This document shows positions 11,736 through 23,344 of a DNA stretch of 64,000 nucleotides, one piece after another. The stretch spans positions 14,198,001-14,262,000 of the forward strand of contig CM120640.1 in assembly GCA_051362555.1 (NCBI GenBank). Reading direction: 5' to 3'. This DNA comes from Lingula anatina. Lineage: Eukaryota > Animalia > Brachiopoda. Numbering within the stretch: the stretch's first letter is position 1; each line of letters starts with the position of its first letter. A model generated the notes under the pieces. That model was not told where the DNA came from and did not search any database. It saw only the letters and a list, made by a program, of their open reading frames with translations. Both the position numbers and the translations under genes were made by a program.

Positions 11736-13746
11736 GGATAGATAGACAGATAGATAGATATTTATAGTAAGGAGACTTTGGCAAAATCCACCCAAATTTC
11801 ATCAAATCATTGTACTACTCACAACATTTATCTTCATCCTGTTTTTTACTTTCTTTCTCAGCTTTCTCTGAAATCAACCATAACACCAGAAAATGTAGCC
11901 TTCTCTCAATATAACCAAAACTCTAAAACAATTTCAAGTCTTGCATATTAACATTTCAAAACATCTCACTAAATGCTTTAATGAATATCATTTAAATAAA
12001 ATTTGTGCCAAATTTGTTTTATTGATATATGATGCTCTTATATGTATCAAAATTACCTACATCTGCAGATGTCTACTTGCCTGCATACAGTTGGTAAAAC
12101 TTACCAGATTCTGCTTCTTGCCAAGCCAAGGCAGAACACAATAAAGCCAAACTCTTTCCACTGCCTGTGGGGCTTTCAAGCAAACAGTTTTGCCCACGTT
12201 CTATGCCCTTCACAATCTAAAAAAAAGTTTTCAGAAGATATCCACTGATTACAATGAATAAGACTATAAGAAATACGGTTATCATACCATGTGGCATAAC
12301 GAAACATTACCCAAAACATGCTAACAATTGCATATATCAACAATTTACATTTAAGCACAGAACAAAACCACCACTTACTAGGGCAGACCTGGAAGTAAAT
12401 GCTTCTTTTTTTTAAATTCTTTTTTCAGAAGTTGGCTTTAATTATCGTTGTTTGTAAGTTAAAATTACATTTATTTTGGCTATTTCTAGTATTTTGCGTA
12501 CTAAATAATGCACTGTCCATGAGCTCGATATACCGACTTCCTGCCCATGTCCAGCATGTTGCAGTCACTCTCTCTCATTCATTGTTCGGCACAGCCATGC
12601 AACAGACCAACATTCCAGAAATGGACACACAGCCGAGTTTTGCACATTTTTCCAACATATAGGACGACAAAGTTTCAAAAGGCAGAAAAAATTATTTGGA
12701 GAATACAAATCAGCAGTTTTCTGATATACTGGACAATGAACTCATTAGTGCAATCCAAAATGTAGAGAAATATCATTCTGAAACGATGCAGCAATTTTCT
12801 GACAAATAGGACGATGAACTTCTAGGCACAAGTCAATAGGAAGAAATTTAGACACGAAAAAAAAAGGACCAAATAGACCCAAGCATTTTGTTTTGAGAAT
12901 GAAAGAAAGCTGTGGTCATCAAAAGCACTGGACAACTACAATCCCAAAGTAATCGTGTGCACACTGCACTACTTGAATGGCAAAAATTTTAGATTGCGAG
13001 GTGGGCAGGAACATCAATGACCACGACATAAATCACTGCAGATTACGCTCCACGAACCTGAAGGTGCTGACTTGAAATATTCAGAAAACGTCTCTAAAAC
13101 ATGTCAAGATGGTCTCAAAAAATCGTAAATTAGTTCCAAAACAAATGACCCAGTTTGCCCATGCAGACTGCCTGGAGCAATGTCATGTAAGAATTTACGA
13201 GAAATATAGGGAATTATTCCCCAAAGATAGCAAAGAAGATGCTTTCTATCTCCAGCCTTTGCAGAACTGACGGGGAGACAGTGATAGCCAATTGGTATGA
13301 ATACTCCATTAAACTTTACCAGAGAAATGTGTAAAAAGGCTGGACTGAAAGGATTTTATACCAACCATCCTCTGCAGGCAACTACAGTGACGCATCACTT
13401 CAGGAGTGGTATCGAAGAGCAGCTGATTATGTCCAAAACAGGCCATCGTTCAGTTGAAGGTATGTGTAATAAATATCAATTCAACTGTATTGTTTGTGTG
13501 AACTGAACCATGCAGCTGAGTCGCCAATAACAATGATATCAGTCCCTGCAATTCTTTTGTTTTGATATCAGCCCCACAGTTTGTATACCAAATCCCTGTC
13601 TGGGGCCTTTCTCGCTCGCTCGCATGCACGCACAAGCAACCACAAGTACCTACCCTCTCCATCATGAGGATCTGGGAAGAGTATGGTTTCACTGGGAACT
13701 TCACCTTGATCCCACTGATATACCTTGTATCTCCAGGACTGTCCAT
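544..13746 (-). CDS. BRIP1: FANCJ/BRIP1 Fe-S cluster 5'-3' DEAH DNA helicase, 5' portion (16 coding exons; gene continues beyond the left edge)
   Basis: Manually spliced exons 13654-13746, 12105-12216, 11823-11867, 11014-11151, 8211-8658, 7860-7949, 7387-7480, 6792-6911, 6430-6525, 5984-6119, 5741-5787, 5274-5423, 4966-5129, 2685-2727, 2476-2512, 544-599. All introns are GT-AG with compatible phases (1869 nt, 623 codons). Motifs: Q motif PYSSQ, Walker [35 protein letters not shown], four Fe-S cysteines, [20 protein letters not shown]. Confidence 0.95.
611..2291 (-). mobile_element. Helentron-associated HINE/DINE-1-like non-autonomous element, copy 1
   Basis: Palindrome TATGTACAGACACA-TC-TGTGTCTGTACATA (2260-2289) at one end. 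The other end carries the matching ATGTACAGACA next to a short hairpin GGCAGC-AAA-GCTGTC. Internal tandem blocks, variable GACGGC/GGCATC microsatellite, A-run flanks and no obvious TSD. Confidence 0.7.
2476..2512 (-). CDS. BRIP1: BRIP1 37-nt exon ([12 protein letters not shown])
   Basis: ttctcag| acceptor, G|gtaaga donor, phase 0-1. Confidence 0.75.
2685..2727 (-). CDS. BRIP1: BRIP1 43-nt exon ([14 protein letters not shown])
   Basis: ttttgcag| acceptor, GTG|gtgagt donor, phase 2-0. Confidence 0.8.
2951..4886 (-). mobile_element. HINE-like element, copy 2
   Basis: Starts with the same AACAAGGCAGCAAAGCTGTCAAATGTACAGAC as 611 and ends in the same palindrome (about 4856-4885); internal blocks differ in order and number. 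Confidence 0.7.
4966..5129 (-). CDS. BRIP1: BRIP1 exon ([11 protein letters not shown]...[25 protein letters not shown])
   Basis: LKGLFMVL...DDYK is typical of FANCJ. Confidence 0.92.
5274..5423 (-). CDS. BRIP1: BRIP1 exon, arch domain ([10 protein letters not shown]...[13 protein letters not shown])
   Basis: Within ORF 5226-5492; canonical splice sites. Confidence 0.88.
5741..5787 (-). CDS. BRIP1: BRIP1 47-nt exon ([16 protein letters not shown])
   Basis: Long pyrimidine tract plus cag acceptor, ATG|gtaaaa donor; restores phase 1 to 0. Confidence 0.8.
5984..6119 (-). CDS. BRIP1: BRIP1 exon, Walker B / DEAH box ([27 protein letters not shown]...)
   Basis: DEAH motif II; canonical splice sites. 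Confidence 0.96.
6430..6525 (-). CDS. BRIP1: BRIP1 exon ([32 protein letters not shown])
   Basis: Fe-S Cys 4 (ACPYY) and CPYNYL motif. Confidence 0.95.
6792..6911 (-). CDS. BRIP1: BRIP1 exon, Fe-S domain (HNQCNYFEN...[15 protein letters not shown])
   Basis: Fe-S Cys 3, WDIE motif; canonical splice sites. Confidence 0.93.
7387..7480 (-). CDS. BRIP1: BRIP1 exon, Fe-S domain ([31 protein letters not shown])
   Basis: Fe-S Cys 1 and 2; canonical splice sites. Confidence 0.95.
7750..7885. repeat. Degenerate tandem repeat of about 30 nt overlapping a BRIP1 exon end and donor site
   Basis: Units of the form GGG(C/A)..GTTC(TGCAC)TT..TTTGCC, 4-5 copies. Confidence 0.5.
7860..7949 (-). CDS. BRIP1: BRIP1 exon, motif Ia ([29 protein letters not shown])
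   Basis: Conserved XPD/FANCJ motif Ia; canonical splice sites. Confidence 0.95.
8211..8658 (-). CDS. BRIP1: BRIP1 large insert exon (GETPPNT...[12 protein letters not shown]...PCAACVC...ERRK)
   Basis: Within ORF 8180-8677; cctag| acceptor, AA|gtatgt donor, phase 1-2. Confidence 0.85.
8950..10870 (+). mobile_element. Decayed Ngaro/DIRS-type tyrosine-recombinase retrotransposon in a BRIP1 intron (boundaries approximate)
   Basis: Gag-like [26 protein letters not shown] (about 9408-9500). YR remnants [11 protein letters not shown] and [11 protein letters not shown] (about 10345-10520), then [58 protein letters not shown] (about 10644-10817). Stops and frameshifts present. Confidence 0.8.
11014..11151 (-). 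CDS. BRIP1: BRIP1 exon in the N-terminal insert ([46 protein letters not shown])
   Basis: GC-richer island, tcattag| acceptor, AAG|gtaaat donor, phase 1-1, no stop codons. Confidence 0.7.
11701..11760. repeat. (GATA)n microsatellite
   Basis: About 15 GATA units with two variants. Confidence 0.95.
11823..11867 (-). CDS. BRIP1: BRIP1 45-nt mini-exon ([15 protein letters not shown])
   Basis: tttcag| acceptor, T|gtgagt donor, phase 1-1, open frame; low-complexity so less certain. Confidence 0.65.
12105..12216 (-). CDS. BRIP1: BRIP1 coding exon 2 (Walker A: [37 protein letters not shown])
   Basis: ttttttag| acceptor, G|gtaagt donor, helicase motif I. Confidence 0.95.
12925..13460 (+). mobile_element. 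Decayed Crypton (DUF3504-type tyrosine recombinase) DNA transposon fragment in a BRIP1 intron
   Basis: Frameshifted peptides [42 protein letters not shown]....[27 protein letters not shown]...[15 protein letters not shown]. Confidence 0.8.
13654..13746 (-). CDS. BRIP1: BRIP1 coding exon 1 ([31 protein letters not shown])
   Basis: ATG at 13746; Q motif; donor AGG|gtaggt; 93 coding nt. Confidence 0.9.
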
Positions 13747-14563
13747 ACTGGTTGTCAACTACTCACACTATCTACATTTGTATGTCCATTCTGCTGTACA
13801 GAAAAAATATATATATGTAACAGTTAAGGGAGCATTCAGAATGAATGGGGCCTCTCGCCAAATGCAATCAGATGAAAGACTAACATACCTCCTGGTGTTG
13901 AGTAGAATATAGGGAAGCTGGTGATTATACAGGTACATTGGAATCAAGAGGAGTATTAGTCTATTTATCTGATTGCATTCAGCAGGAGTCTCCGTGGAGT
14001 TAGTGCCCGGCATAAGCTAGGTGGCCATAACTTATTCTGAGCAATCCCATGTGCTTGTCGGGGCAAAATATATTTGAATTAATATACAACAGAAAAACAA
14101 CATGCATGTGTCTCTGATTGGGAAAATCCCAAACCAAAATTTAATGTATGTCCTGCTGTTACACTTATTGTGTGTCGAATTTCAAATGTCTCTGCATAAT
14201 AATAATAAACCGAAAATCATGTTGGGCAACTTTTGTTTTGACTCCTTTTGGGAACATTTTTAAAAATTGCATACATGATGTCAATTTAACTTTTTATCTA
14301 GATAAGGTTATCCAGATATACAAAATATCTGAGCACTAAATTTCAAGTCGTGTGCTTTATTAGGAAACGTGTGGAAGTGAGTATCGATTTGGAAGTGTGT
14401 AGACCTTGGGCACATTTCTCATCCAACACTTTCGGTTTGATATCATGCATGACTACGTTGTTACGAGTATTAAAGCTTACATGAACATATGTCAATACTG
14501 ACTTTTAAAAAATAAACACACTCAACAACTGACGCAGCAGACTAGAATGCAGGAATAACTTAC

Positions 14564-14630
14564 AAGAAATTGATATTATCTGTTCCCATCTCTAAATCTG
14601 TCGTTCCCGCGTTAAAGCTTCGCAGCAAAC
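14564..14630 (-). other. BRIP1: Probable non-coding 5' UTR first exon of BRIP1 (5' end approximate)
   Basis: Consensus GTAAGT donor at 14563-14558 just downstream of promoter motifs; CpG density changes here. Confidence 0.55.
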
Positions 14631-14656
14631 GGTCATAGTGAAGCTGATTGGCTGAA
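14600..14656 (-). promoter_or_regulatory. BRIP1 core promoter: NF-Y CCAAT box plus E2F-like site
   Basis: CAGCCAATCAGC (reverse complement of 14643-14654) and TTCCCGCG at 14604-14611. Confidence 0.6.
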
Positions 14657-17600
14657 ATCAATTTCCTTGCAAGTAAGCTCAATTTTTCTTGTGTTTCTTT
14701 GACGCGATCGTAGACCTATTTGTCTATGAGCGAAGCTATTAGAAAACCAGTGCTTTGTTACTCATGTTCGGCTTTCCTTGATCATTTTTGGATGGATATT
14801 GTTTTGTTAAAGCATATGATGTAGCTCCTTGGCCAAGCGTTGCTGTGAATAAAATAATTTTATTCAAAGCTAGAATACATCACGAAGCTAATATAAATGA
14901 TTTTCTTTGAAATAGGCCCTAGAAGAATCTATATCATGATCTAAAATGTCATAGTTCATAACAAAAGTAGTAAATAAAGACATCTTTGAAATTTGCCATT
15001 CTTTTCTTTTTTTTTTTTCAGAGATCTCTAACACAATGCGATTGTGCTATGCTGGCTGTTGGTTGAGCATGTCAGTTATCTCTGGCGTGTAGACACTTGG
15101 ACCTTCTTAATTGCCATCACTTTAGAGGTTTTTTAAAAATGAAATTGTTCCGTCGTGTATGCTTTAAAGATTCATTTTGAAATTTTATAAATAATGATTA
15201 TAATAGAAACGTTACCAAATGTCAGCTTTATAGAATGCCAGGTAAGGACAAACAGAATATCAACATAGCCTTTTATTTTTAACTCTGGTATCTATTTCTT
15301 GTTTATTTATGAGGCAAAGCTTATATTGCTATCTTAGTATTGACGCCAGGACGCTGACGCCAAATTCTGAACTCAGTCACTGAGCAAAACGCATAAAAAT
15401 TATCTGATTACCCATGTAGTTCATTTGGTGAAGGTACAAAGGAAACAGGGGTGAGAGAGAGACATGAAAACACTTGATATTTATTTGTCAGTTGCTCGTG
15501 GCTTTTTTAAACTGCATATTAAGGAAGTAAGGAGACAAAGAAACCTTAAATTATTTCTAGGCAGCACATTAAAAAAGATGAGGTGAAAAAGAAAAGGCGA
15601 AACAGAATTTCACGGATGTCATAGATGAAACCTGACGTTTCCTTTTTTCAAAGTAATTGAATACTAATTTGATAAACAGAGAATGTTTTTGTTTTCCGAT
15701 GTAAGTTATTTCACCTTAGTCTGGTCTGTAAAATATCTCAATAATTCAGGCGGCAACAAAAATTCAAATTGTTTTAGGAGGTGAATAAATAAGTTTTACA
15801 TGGAGCATGCTGATTATTTGACATAAATATCAAATACAATATAGCATAAATTACGATATTCTTTTCTCATTAAGCTTTGTATTTACCACAATAGTGCATA
15901 TAAGACCAATCTCTATCTCCTATTTCATGCTTTGTTAATAATAATTTTCATTTATTTTAGCCATCAAATTCATTGTTTCAAGAAACAATAATGTTTGATT
16001 TATCATTTTTTCAGCAATTAAAGGGAAACCTGATGTTTTCATTGCATGTTAAAAAAAAGATTCCGAAAGACTATATCAAATTCATGTTTTTTTTAAAACC
16101 TCACAAGTCTAGCTATTCACTAATTAATCAGTTATGTAGATAATACTCATCACAGATTCCATTAATTGCAATGATAAATAATTTTATCTGTGTGTAATAA
16201 ATTACCCATGGCAGTCCATCTATTATTAATTGTTTAATAGCTTACCACGTAATATCAGCAGCTAAATTAAATGCTTTTCGATATGACTTCCAGATTCTGG
16301 TGATCTACGCTTTCCCTTTTTTTCTCTTAAATGAATTTCGTTTCAGTATTTTTTTTATTCATAACCGACATACCGCCGAAATATATAGAGAACAGATCTA
16401 TTCTCTATCCTTCTGACAGAACAATATTTTGTCAGATAAGACAAATATCATGCAGACAATCTGCTGCCTAGCTTTGACGCTGCACTCTCTTGACGAGAGA
16501 TGTCGATGTTTGAAACCAGAATATGATTTAAAACGGGCTTTCATTCAAAATTATTTCTTGCGTTAATCCATGGTTTCATGTGACTGGCAAGCATTGCCCG
16601 AGTATGTTTTTACTCTTAAATGTAATGTCATCTTGATAACAAAATCAGCTTAGTTGTTTCGTTTCAGAGAAGTGATCGGAGATCAAGTTAACACATCTTG
16701 CAGTATTTTCCGCCATACAGCGCCGTTAACGAAAGGCTCAAAATGACGGTCCTTTGAAACTTGTCACAAAAGATGTGGTAATTATTTCCCATGAGGGGAA
16801 GTATTGCCATACAGAAAAACCCAGGGGATGTAGACATATCGTGTGAATAGAACTGTTAGCTGCAACGATGACAGTTTATCCTGTTTCATGTAGCACATAT
16901 AAAACGCTAAGAGAAAATTATAGGGTGTGAAAGAATATAGACTCCCAATTATCAGAAATGATGACAGTGCTCACATTATCAAGTAGCATGTTTTCCGGCC
17001 ACACTCTCGTCAGTTACTGTTTGTGTGATCGCGTATTCACACCTATATGTACAGTAGCGTCTGTTTTACCCGATTTCCATAGAAACATATATATTTACGT
17101 ATTAGTATGTATTAGTAAATTTTAAGGATTGTTCGTATACGTACAGACAGCGTATAGAGTATCATACGTACCTGAAACAAATTTTAGCGACTCAAAAATA
17201 TTTTAGACGATGAATACAGTAGGCTACTCTCTTACAACACTTGCTGCCGAGCTCCGTACTCAAAAACGTAAAGGACAGATAGCATGCATGTTGATTGTAA
17301 CCATTACAGAGAAATAATTACAATTACAGAGAAAAAAATTACAAGCAATATTATTAATAAAAAAATAAGTAAAAATAAATTGACCAATAGGAAAGAAAAA
17401 ATTAGTTAAACGCTTCAGACTGTGTGATGTCAGTCGGAGTCTACTACATGTAGGTAAACCACTTTTAATGCAGTTTTCATCCCTTCCTCCCCAATAATGA
17501 AAAGGGCGAACGTTCGCTGTTAGGAGAGTACTGGACGATATATTACTACTGTCTACACTAGGACCAAAGTGGTCTCTTGGGCTGAACAAGCACTTTTGGT

Positions 17601-20600
17601 GCTTCGTTTTTGCTAGCCAAAGCGGCGACAAATGCGACGCGATGCTAAGAGAGTGTTTGCCGAAAGTCGAGCCAAGGCGCTGTTAGTAGAACAGAAAGTT
17701 TATTCCTCCCGCCCTTAGTAGCCGTGTAGTTCCACTTCTGTAGCATAAACTCATTTTTCATTGCGCTGTCTGCAAAGAAAACACACATAAACACTTGTCA
17801 GTTTGGCGCAAAATTTGTGAAACAAGCTGTAGAGGCACTGGAAAGATCGGATACCAGATCTCTTCTCGGAACAAGGCAGCGCCTTTCACGTTTACAAACA
17901 CTTCAACAGTAGGGAGTATGAAAGTCAGTATTTCATTCTGTAATGAAGTTTCATTCTAGCAGTATGGCTGATGACACGTCACGTTAATTATGTCATGTTA
18001 TCTGACTTTACGATCTCGGAATTCATTCACTGGTTTCAAATCATATCATTATATATCGAAATACATTCATTACATCAAAGTTCGGCGTTTGATTATCAGG
18101 TAACTTTATTTCATATCTTTAACACAACACATTGTTATATCACATCATATCAATGACAATTCAATGGATATGAGTGCGTTGAATTTAACAGGTCCATAGT
18201 TTGCGCATTTAAAGTGGGAAGGAGCTTACAAATCAATAAATGTTAGCGACAAGGGGGGCGGGAGGGGGGGGGGCAAGGACCCCATTTCCCCCAGGTCCTG
18301 CCCTTTCGACTGACGTGGTTGAAGAAAGTGGGGGAGGGGAGTTAAGCTTCTTAGGTCCCTGGTCCCCACGCCTAATTGCAAATGCCAAATATTGACGCTT
18401 CGAAATGATATCATTAAATATCGAGGTACTTAGTCAGCAGCTTCATTATCATGTAACTGTAATTCTTATCACCAGAGCGACACATTTCACCGTGTCATGT
18501 CATGTGAATTGGCAGAGTTCTCTGGAAAATCCCGAAAAAGGGGGCTTCGTTCAATGGACCATCACGTTATTAATTGGATTTTTGGTTTTAATCTATCGAA
18601 TAAAATACGCTTAATGTAGTGAAAAAATAATTTAAAGCCACGTGTACATTACAGTTATAGGTAAAAAAAAAAAATATATATATATATACCTATATAAATA
18701 AAATCAAATGTATTTAATGTGATACACAACAAGGCTCATATGAAGATATCGGCTGAATAAATCATGAGATTTTCATATCATTAAAAAAATCAGTCGAAAT
18801 TTGACAAAATAGCATGAATTAAGTTAAATTATGTTAAATATAAGTAAAAACAAAGAAACGAGTATTATTATTATTAAGAATCAAAGACCGTTGTTAACAG
18901 GATCTTGACACGTTATTAAAAACAACGATTTGAAATCAATTGACGACTTACAAAAAAGAACGAAAGTCTTAAAATATTAGAAACGTAAAAAATATATGTA
19001 GCCTATATCGGGAATGCTTTCCAGACCTTTTAGGTTGTATTGCCATAGTGGCTGCAGTGCGCGGAACAGCACTGTTCTGTATACTCCGCAGTCCGACATC
19101 AGACGTGAACCACTAATTAGGTGTATCTGATAAATCAGTCGGGATTGCTGGTAAATTTTTTCAGCAGACTTGTATTTTATTTTTTTCTCATCTGATAAGG
19201 GGCAAGTGCGTGCGTCCTGTTCATCAGAGTGACAGAAAGCCGTCGGGGATCTGTACACAGCTAATCAGCAGGGAGGCCACTGTCTCCCACAATTTCACAG
19301 CGGCGGATTCTTCCACGAGATGCATCGGAGATTGCGAGAATTCTGGAGCCGCGCGGTGCGCTTCACTTGGCGCAAAAAAGACGCTTCAACTAAAACTGGA
19401 CGGGCGGCGTATTGTACCTCTCATGCGAAACAGTTGTGACAACTGCGCGCAGATTTTTGTGGGTGTTCATTAACTGTAAACTTAGTAAAGCTACAACCCT
19501 CCGTTCTCTTTTAGTTTTAAAATGAAATAGAAAAAAAAAAAAAAAAAAACACCTCCTTCGGCGGCGCCAGGTTTCTTACGTGATCCTCTTGCCGGTTTAT
19601 AAAGTTTCATTTGTTTTGGTGTGAAGAATTGTGTAAGTTGACTTATCTCGAGGAATAGATTTCATCTAAATGGATAATTTAATTACATCTTAATCCCCGT
19701 GTTGTTTTATACATGCGGCTTATCCGCCTGGTCTGGGGGTAAATCGGCCCAGTTTGTTGTTCGAGTAATTTTAACTATTTACTCCCAGTGTTTGCCTGAA
19801 TAGTCGTGTCAATAGGCTATCGAGTGGAGAGGATACACATGTAAATAGGTGTAAATGTATTAGCATTAGGGTGCTAAGAGCAAACAGCGGCTGCCGCCAC
19901 AGGTATTAACTCTACACGGTGTCGGTCCATTAACACCTTAGGCGCCGGGAGGTGGTCAGATTGGCGCCAGGGTTAGAGTACCCCCCTCAGGCCGCTTGAC
20001 ACCGGCTTTGCGCCAAGCCCGCGGAACATCAAAGCACCAACAGATAATCCTAGGTAACGTTAGACAACCGGAATGTAAAGAATCAATTTCGGGCAAAAGC
20101 AGGAATATTCATCTGTCTGTCCACGTTATCACCCGTGTGAGGAGGCTACCAAAATGTCCTTCCCCAACTCTCATGTGACGTTTATAAATTGTGACATTGC
20201 AGGTCATTTGATTCGATACTCCCTTTAAGTTTATTATTATTTTTTCATTTTTTATTTTTACGCGTTTTGTGTATCAGAACGAGATATTATTAAATGTGAC
20301 AAACAACGGTGGAGCAAGACAACATGCGATAAGAAACATTCCCAACTTGACATCCCTGCAAAGTTTATGTGGTACAAATGAAGATTTGATGAACTGTATA
20401 CTATCGCTTCCCACCAACGGAGAGCAAGCCAGTTCCTTCGATGTCTGTGTTGCTAGATCCCCTATCTTATCATGGCCAGTGTAAACACATTCAGGGATCA
20501 GGGAGAGACAACACGGTGTCGCCAGCACCGATAAAACCACTTTGGAAATCATGGGAGAGGCCAGCAGAAGCCAAACTACACTGTATTACATTGTGTTCAA

Positions 20601-23344
20601 ATCCATCGCGTTGATTCAATTTTAAATCGAAATAAACAAATTGAAACTCGAAGCTCTTTATTGGGTTGTGTTCAACTGAGGGTTTATAAAGAAAGAGTAC
20701 AATGTGATTATGAAAATGTTCGTTTATATCTCGAGCAGGTTTCTATTTGGGAATCATCACAACTTAAATTTTCATTCATTAAACATTTTGGGCCGTGTTT
20801 AAATGCATCTTTCTAATTTTTAGTTGGAAATTTTTATGAAGATATTCTGCCACATCAAGTTAAATATTAATTTCATAACATATATATATATAAATAGATT
20901 TATCATTGCTTGGTTATAGCATTTTTAAAATTTCCAAAACATTATTTTTGTGTAATTTTGCAGCAACTGGAACCTTGTCCTAACAATTAAGTGTTACTCA
21001 TTTGTTTTTGTCTAGAGAATTTTCTCTTTTTACTCATGACCTGTGTTGCAACATAGCGACAAATACAATATGGTTAATACAGATAATTAAAGCCAGTCAA
21101 TTTTAGATATATTCTTGGCCTGTGTTAATTCTACATTTTTTATAACTAAATAATGAATTTATTTATCTAACTTCCATTTCCTTCCATCATATAACACCTT
21201 TATTATCCACATTTTTATTGAGTGTATATCAGCAATATATTTTTCCTCTAATTTTCTGTCTCCATCTTTTATTTCACCTTGCCAAATTGACCCGCATGAA
21301 TCAAGAGAATGGGAGTCTTAACATAAAGTTGATACTTAAGGTAAATTTCGTCGATATATATCCATTTAACACCTAACTTCTAAATCCTTTTTAAGTACAC
21401 TTTTGAAAAATTAACGCTTGATATCTAAATCACTTTAAGACGCACTCCTGATAAGAGAGTCTTTGATAGGCCTGTAAGTTAATTGAATATGAAAAGGCAA
21501 TCTGTAGTATAAATAAAGAAATGGCAATTTCGTGCCTTTCATCATATTCCATATTTCCGACATTGGAGACGTTACTCCGACTGGTTGGCAGCAGTTAAAG
21601 TCGTAAAAATGCACTGTTGTCACACAACTTCAGGAGCTGAAACACTGGGCATGTTTTTATGGCACTTTCAGGACATATTCATTGTCTCTTTAAAACCATA
21701 AACTAACGGCACCGTTTATCTTTCATATCAGGTACATTCTGCTATTATTAATATTGCTAATACAGCTATGGATAAGTTTTTTTGATAATATTTGAAGCAT
21801 CTTCCATACATTGAGTAAGATGAGATATAGTATGGATAAACTCTGAGGTTAAATGTGATTTTATCTAAAATTAGGAGCCAATGCATTACAAAACATATTG
21901 TGATTATTTTATTTTTTTACTAACGAATGGTCTATTAAAACATTGCAACTCTTATTCAATTTTTCTCAGCTTTTTTTTATTATAATCCTTGCATCAATGT
22001 TTTCACTCAGCCTTGACAGCCATTATTGTATATAAATGATTATATATAAATATCATAATCCGTATAAAAATCACGGAAAACCGAATAATAATACAGATGA
22101 TGAAATGTTATTCAAGCTTAGACTGCCATGTTGCGTGAGAACACTGGTCACTTCCCATAGAGTTTCATAATTATTTATAAATATTAGAAAATCTGAGCAA
22201 CAGAACGTATAATTAGGAAGTCTATTGTTGTGTCCGAAGTTTAGCCCACAAATTCATTAAATAAAGCGTCCCATGACGTGTGCATTATGTGACGTGAGGG
22301 GACTGGTAATGATACAGCGGGTATAATAAACAAGGCGGGCGGCGCCGCGACCACAGCTGAACAATAACGGAGCAAGTAATCCCTTTAGTGTGCACTGTTT
22401 AGCTGGCGTTGATAATACATGGCCGATTACACAGGGGTGGGGAGATCAGGATCCCTCTGAGGGAGTATAAATACCCAGGGGCCGAGATCACTGCCCTGGA
22501 CAATACAAGGACCTAATTGTCCTATCATTACAACTGACCCTTCAGTAATGATCTGCGAGTTTGTATGATTGGATACACAAGTCAGTGGCACTCGCCAAAC
22601 ACGAGACAAAGAGCCGTAATTTGGGGAGTGAACAGCGCACTGAAGACTGGACAAAAAGGCAGTGCCGGTGCACAAGGAGTAGTAAACAAAGCGATCGCAG
22701 AGGAAGTAAAGGGGTTTGTTGATCACACACGCGCACTGTTTTGACTATGAGTCGACGGCTCCAGTCGGAGCACGGAGACGATCCAATTAACACCTCCGGG
22801 GCCCCTCTCTGTGTTCTGAGCACTCTCAATCACTCTTGGCGCCGTCTTTTGCAGTGCTGCCTCAAGACCAAAAGGAAAGCAGTCAAAGCTGATTTTACTC
22901 TTCTTCTCCAGCTATTGTTTTGTAATAAGCGGTTGCTATTGTTCTCAGCGTGGTATCGCAATTGTCACGCCACATGCTTATTTCACCGGCTTCAGCTGCT
23001 GAGTTAAGTATCGTTCCCATGACAACAATGTCGCTTCACCCGGACACCACGGCCCGAGCCTCCGATTGCCATATTGCCTGAGACGGCCGAGATTAATTTT
23101 TGATTTGTAATCGAGAATTATAAAGGGCGACAGATTGCCCTGTTTGAAGACGATATCATAGCAGCTGTCAGTTAAACTTAAAATTAAAAATAAATAGAGA
23201 ATACTTAAAACGTTGAAAGTTACTTTAAAACAAATCAAGAAAAGGTAATCACGCTAAGATAAATTAAAGAGACATTGATACTTTCGTATTAGGCACGGTC
23301 CACGAAACGATTAAATGAGAAAAAATGAGTCAACTCAACCAAAA

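Noticed and set aside
18250-18370. G-run-rich patch
   Set aside because: Probably a repeat remnant or simple sequence; no termini or copies identifiable.
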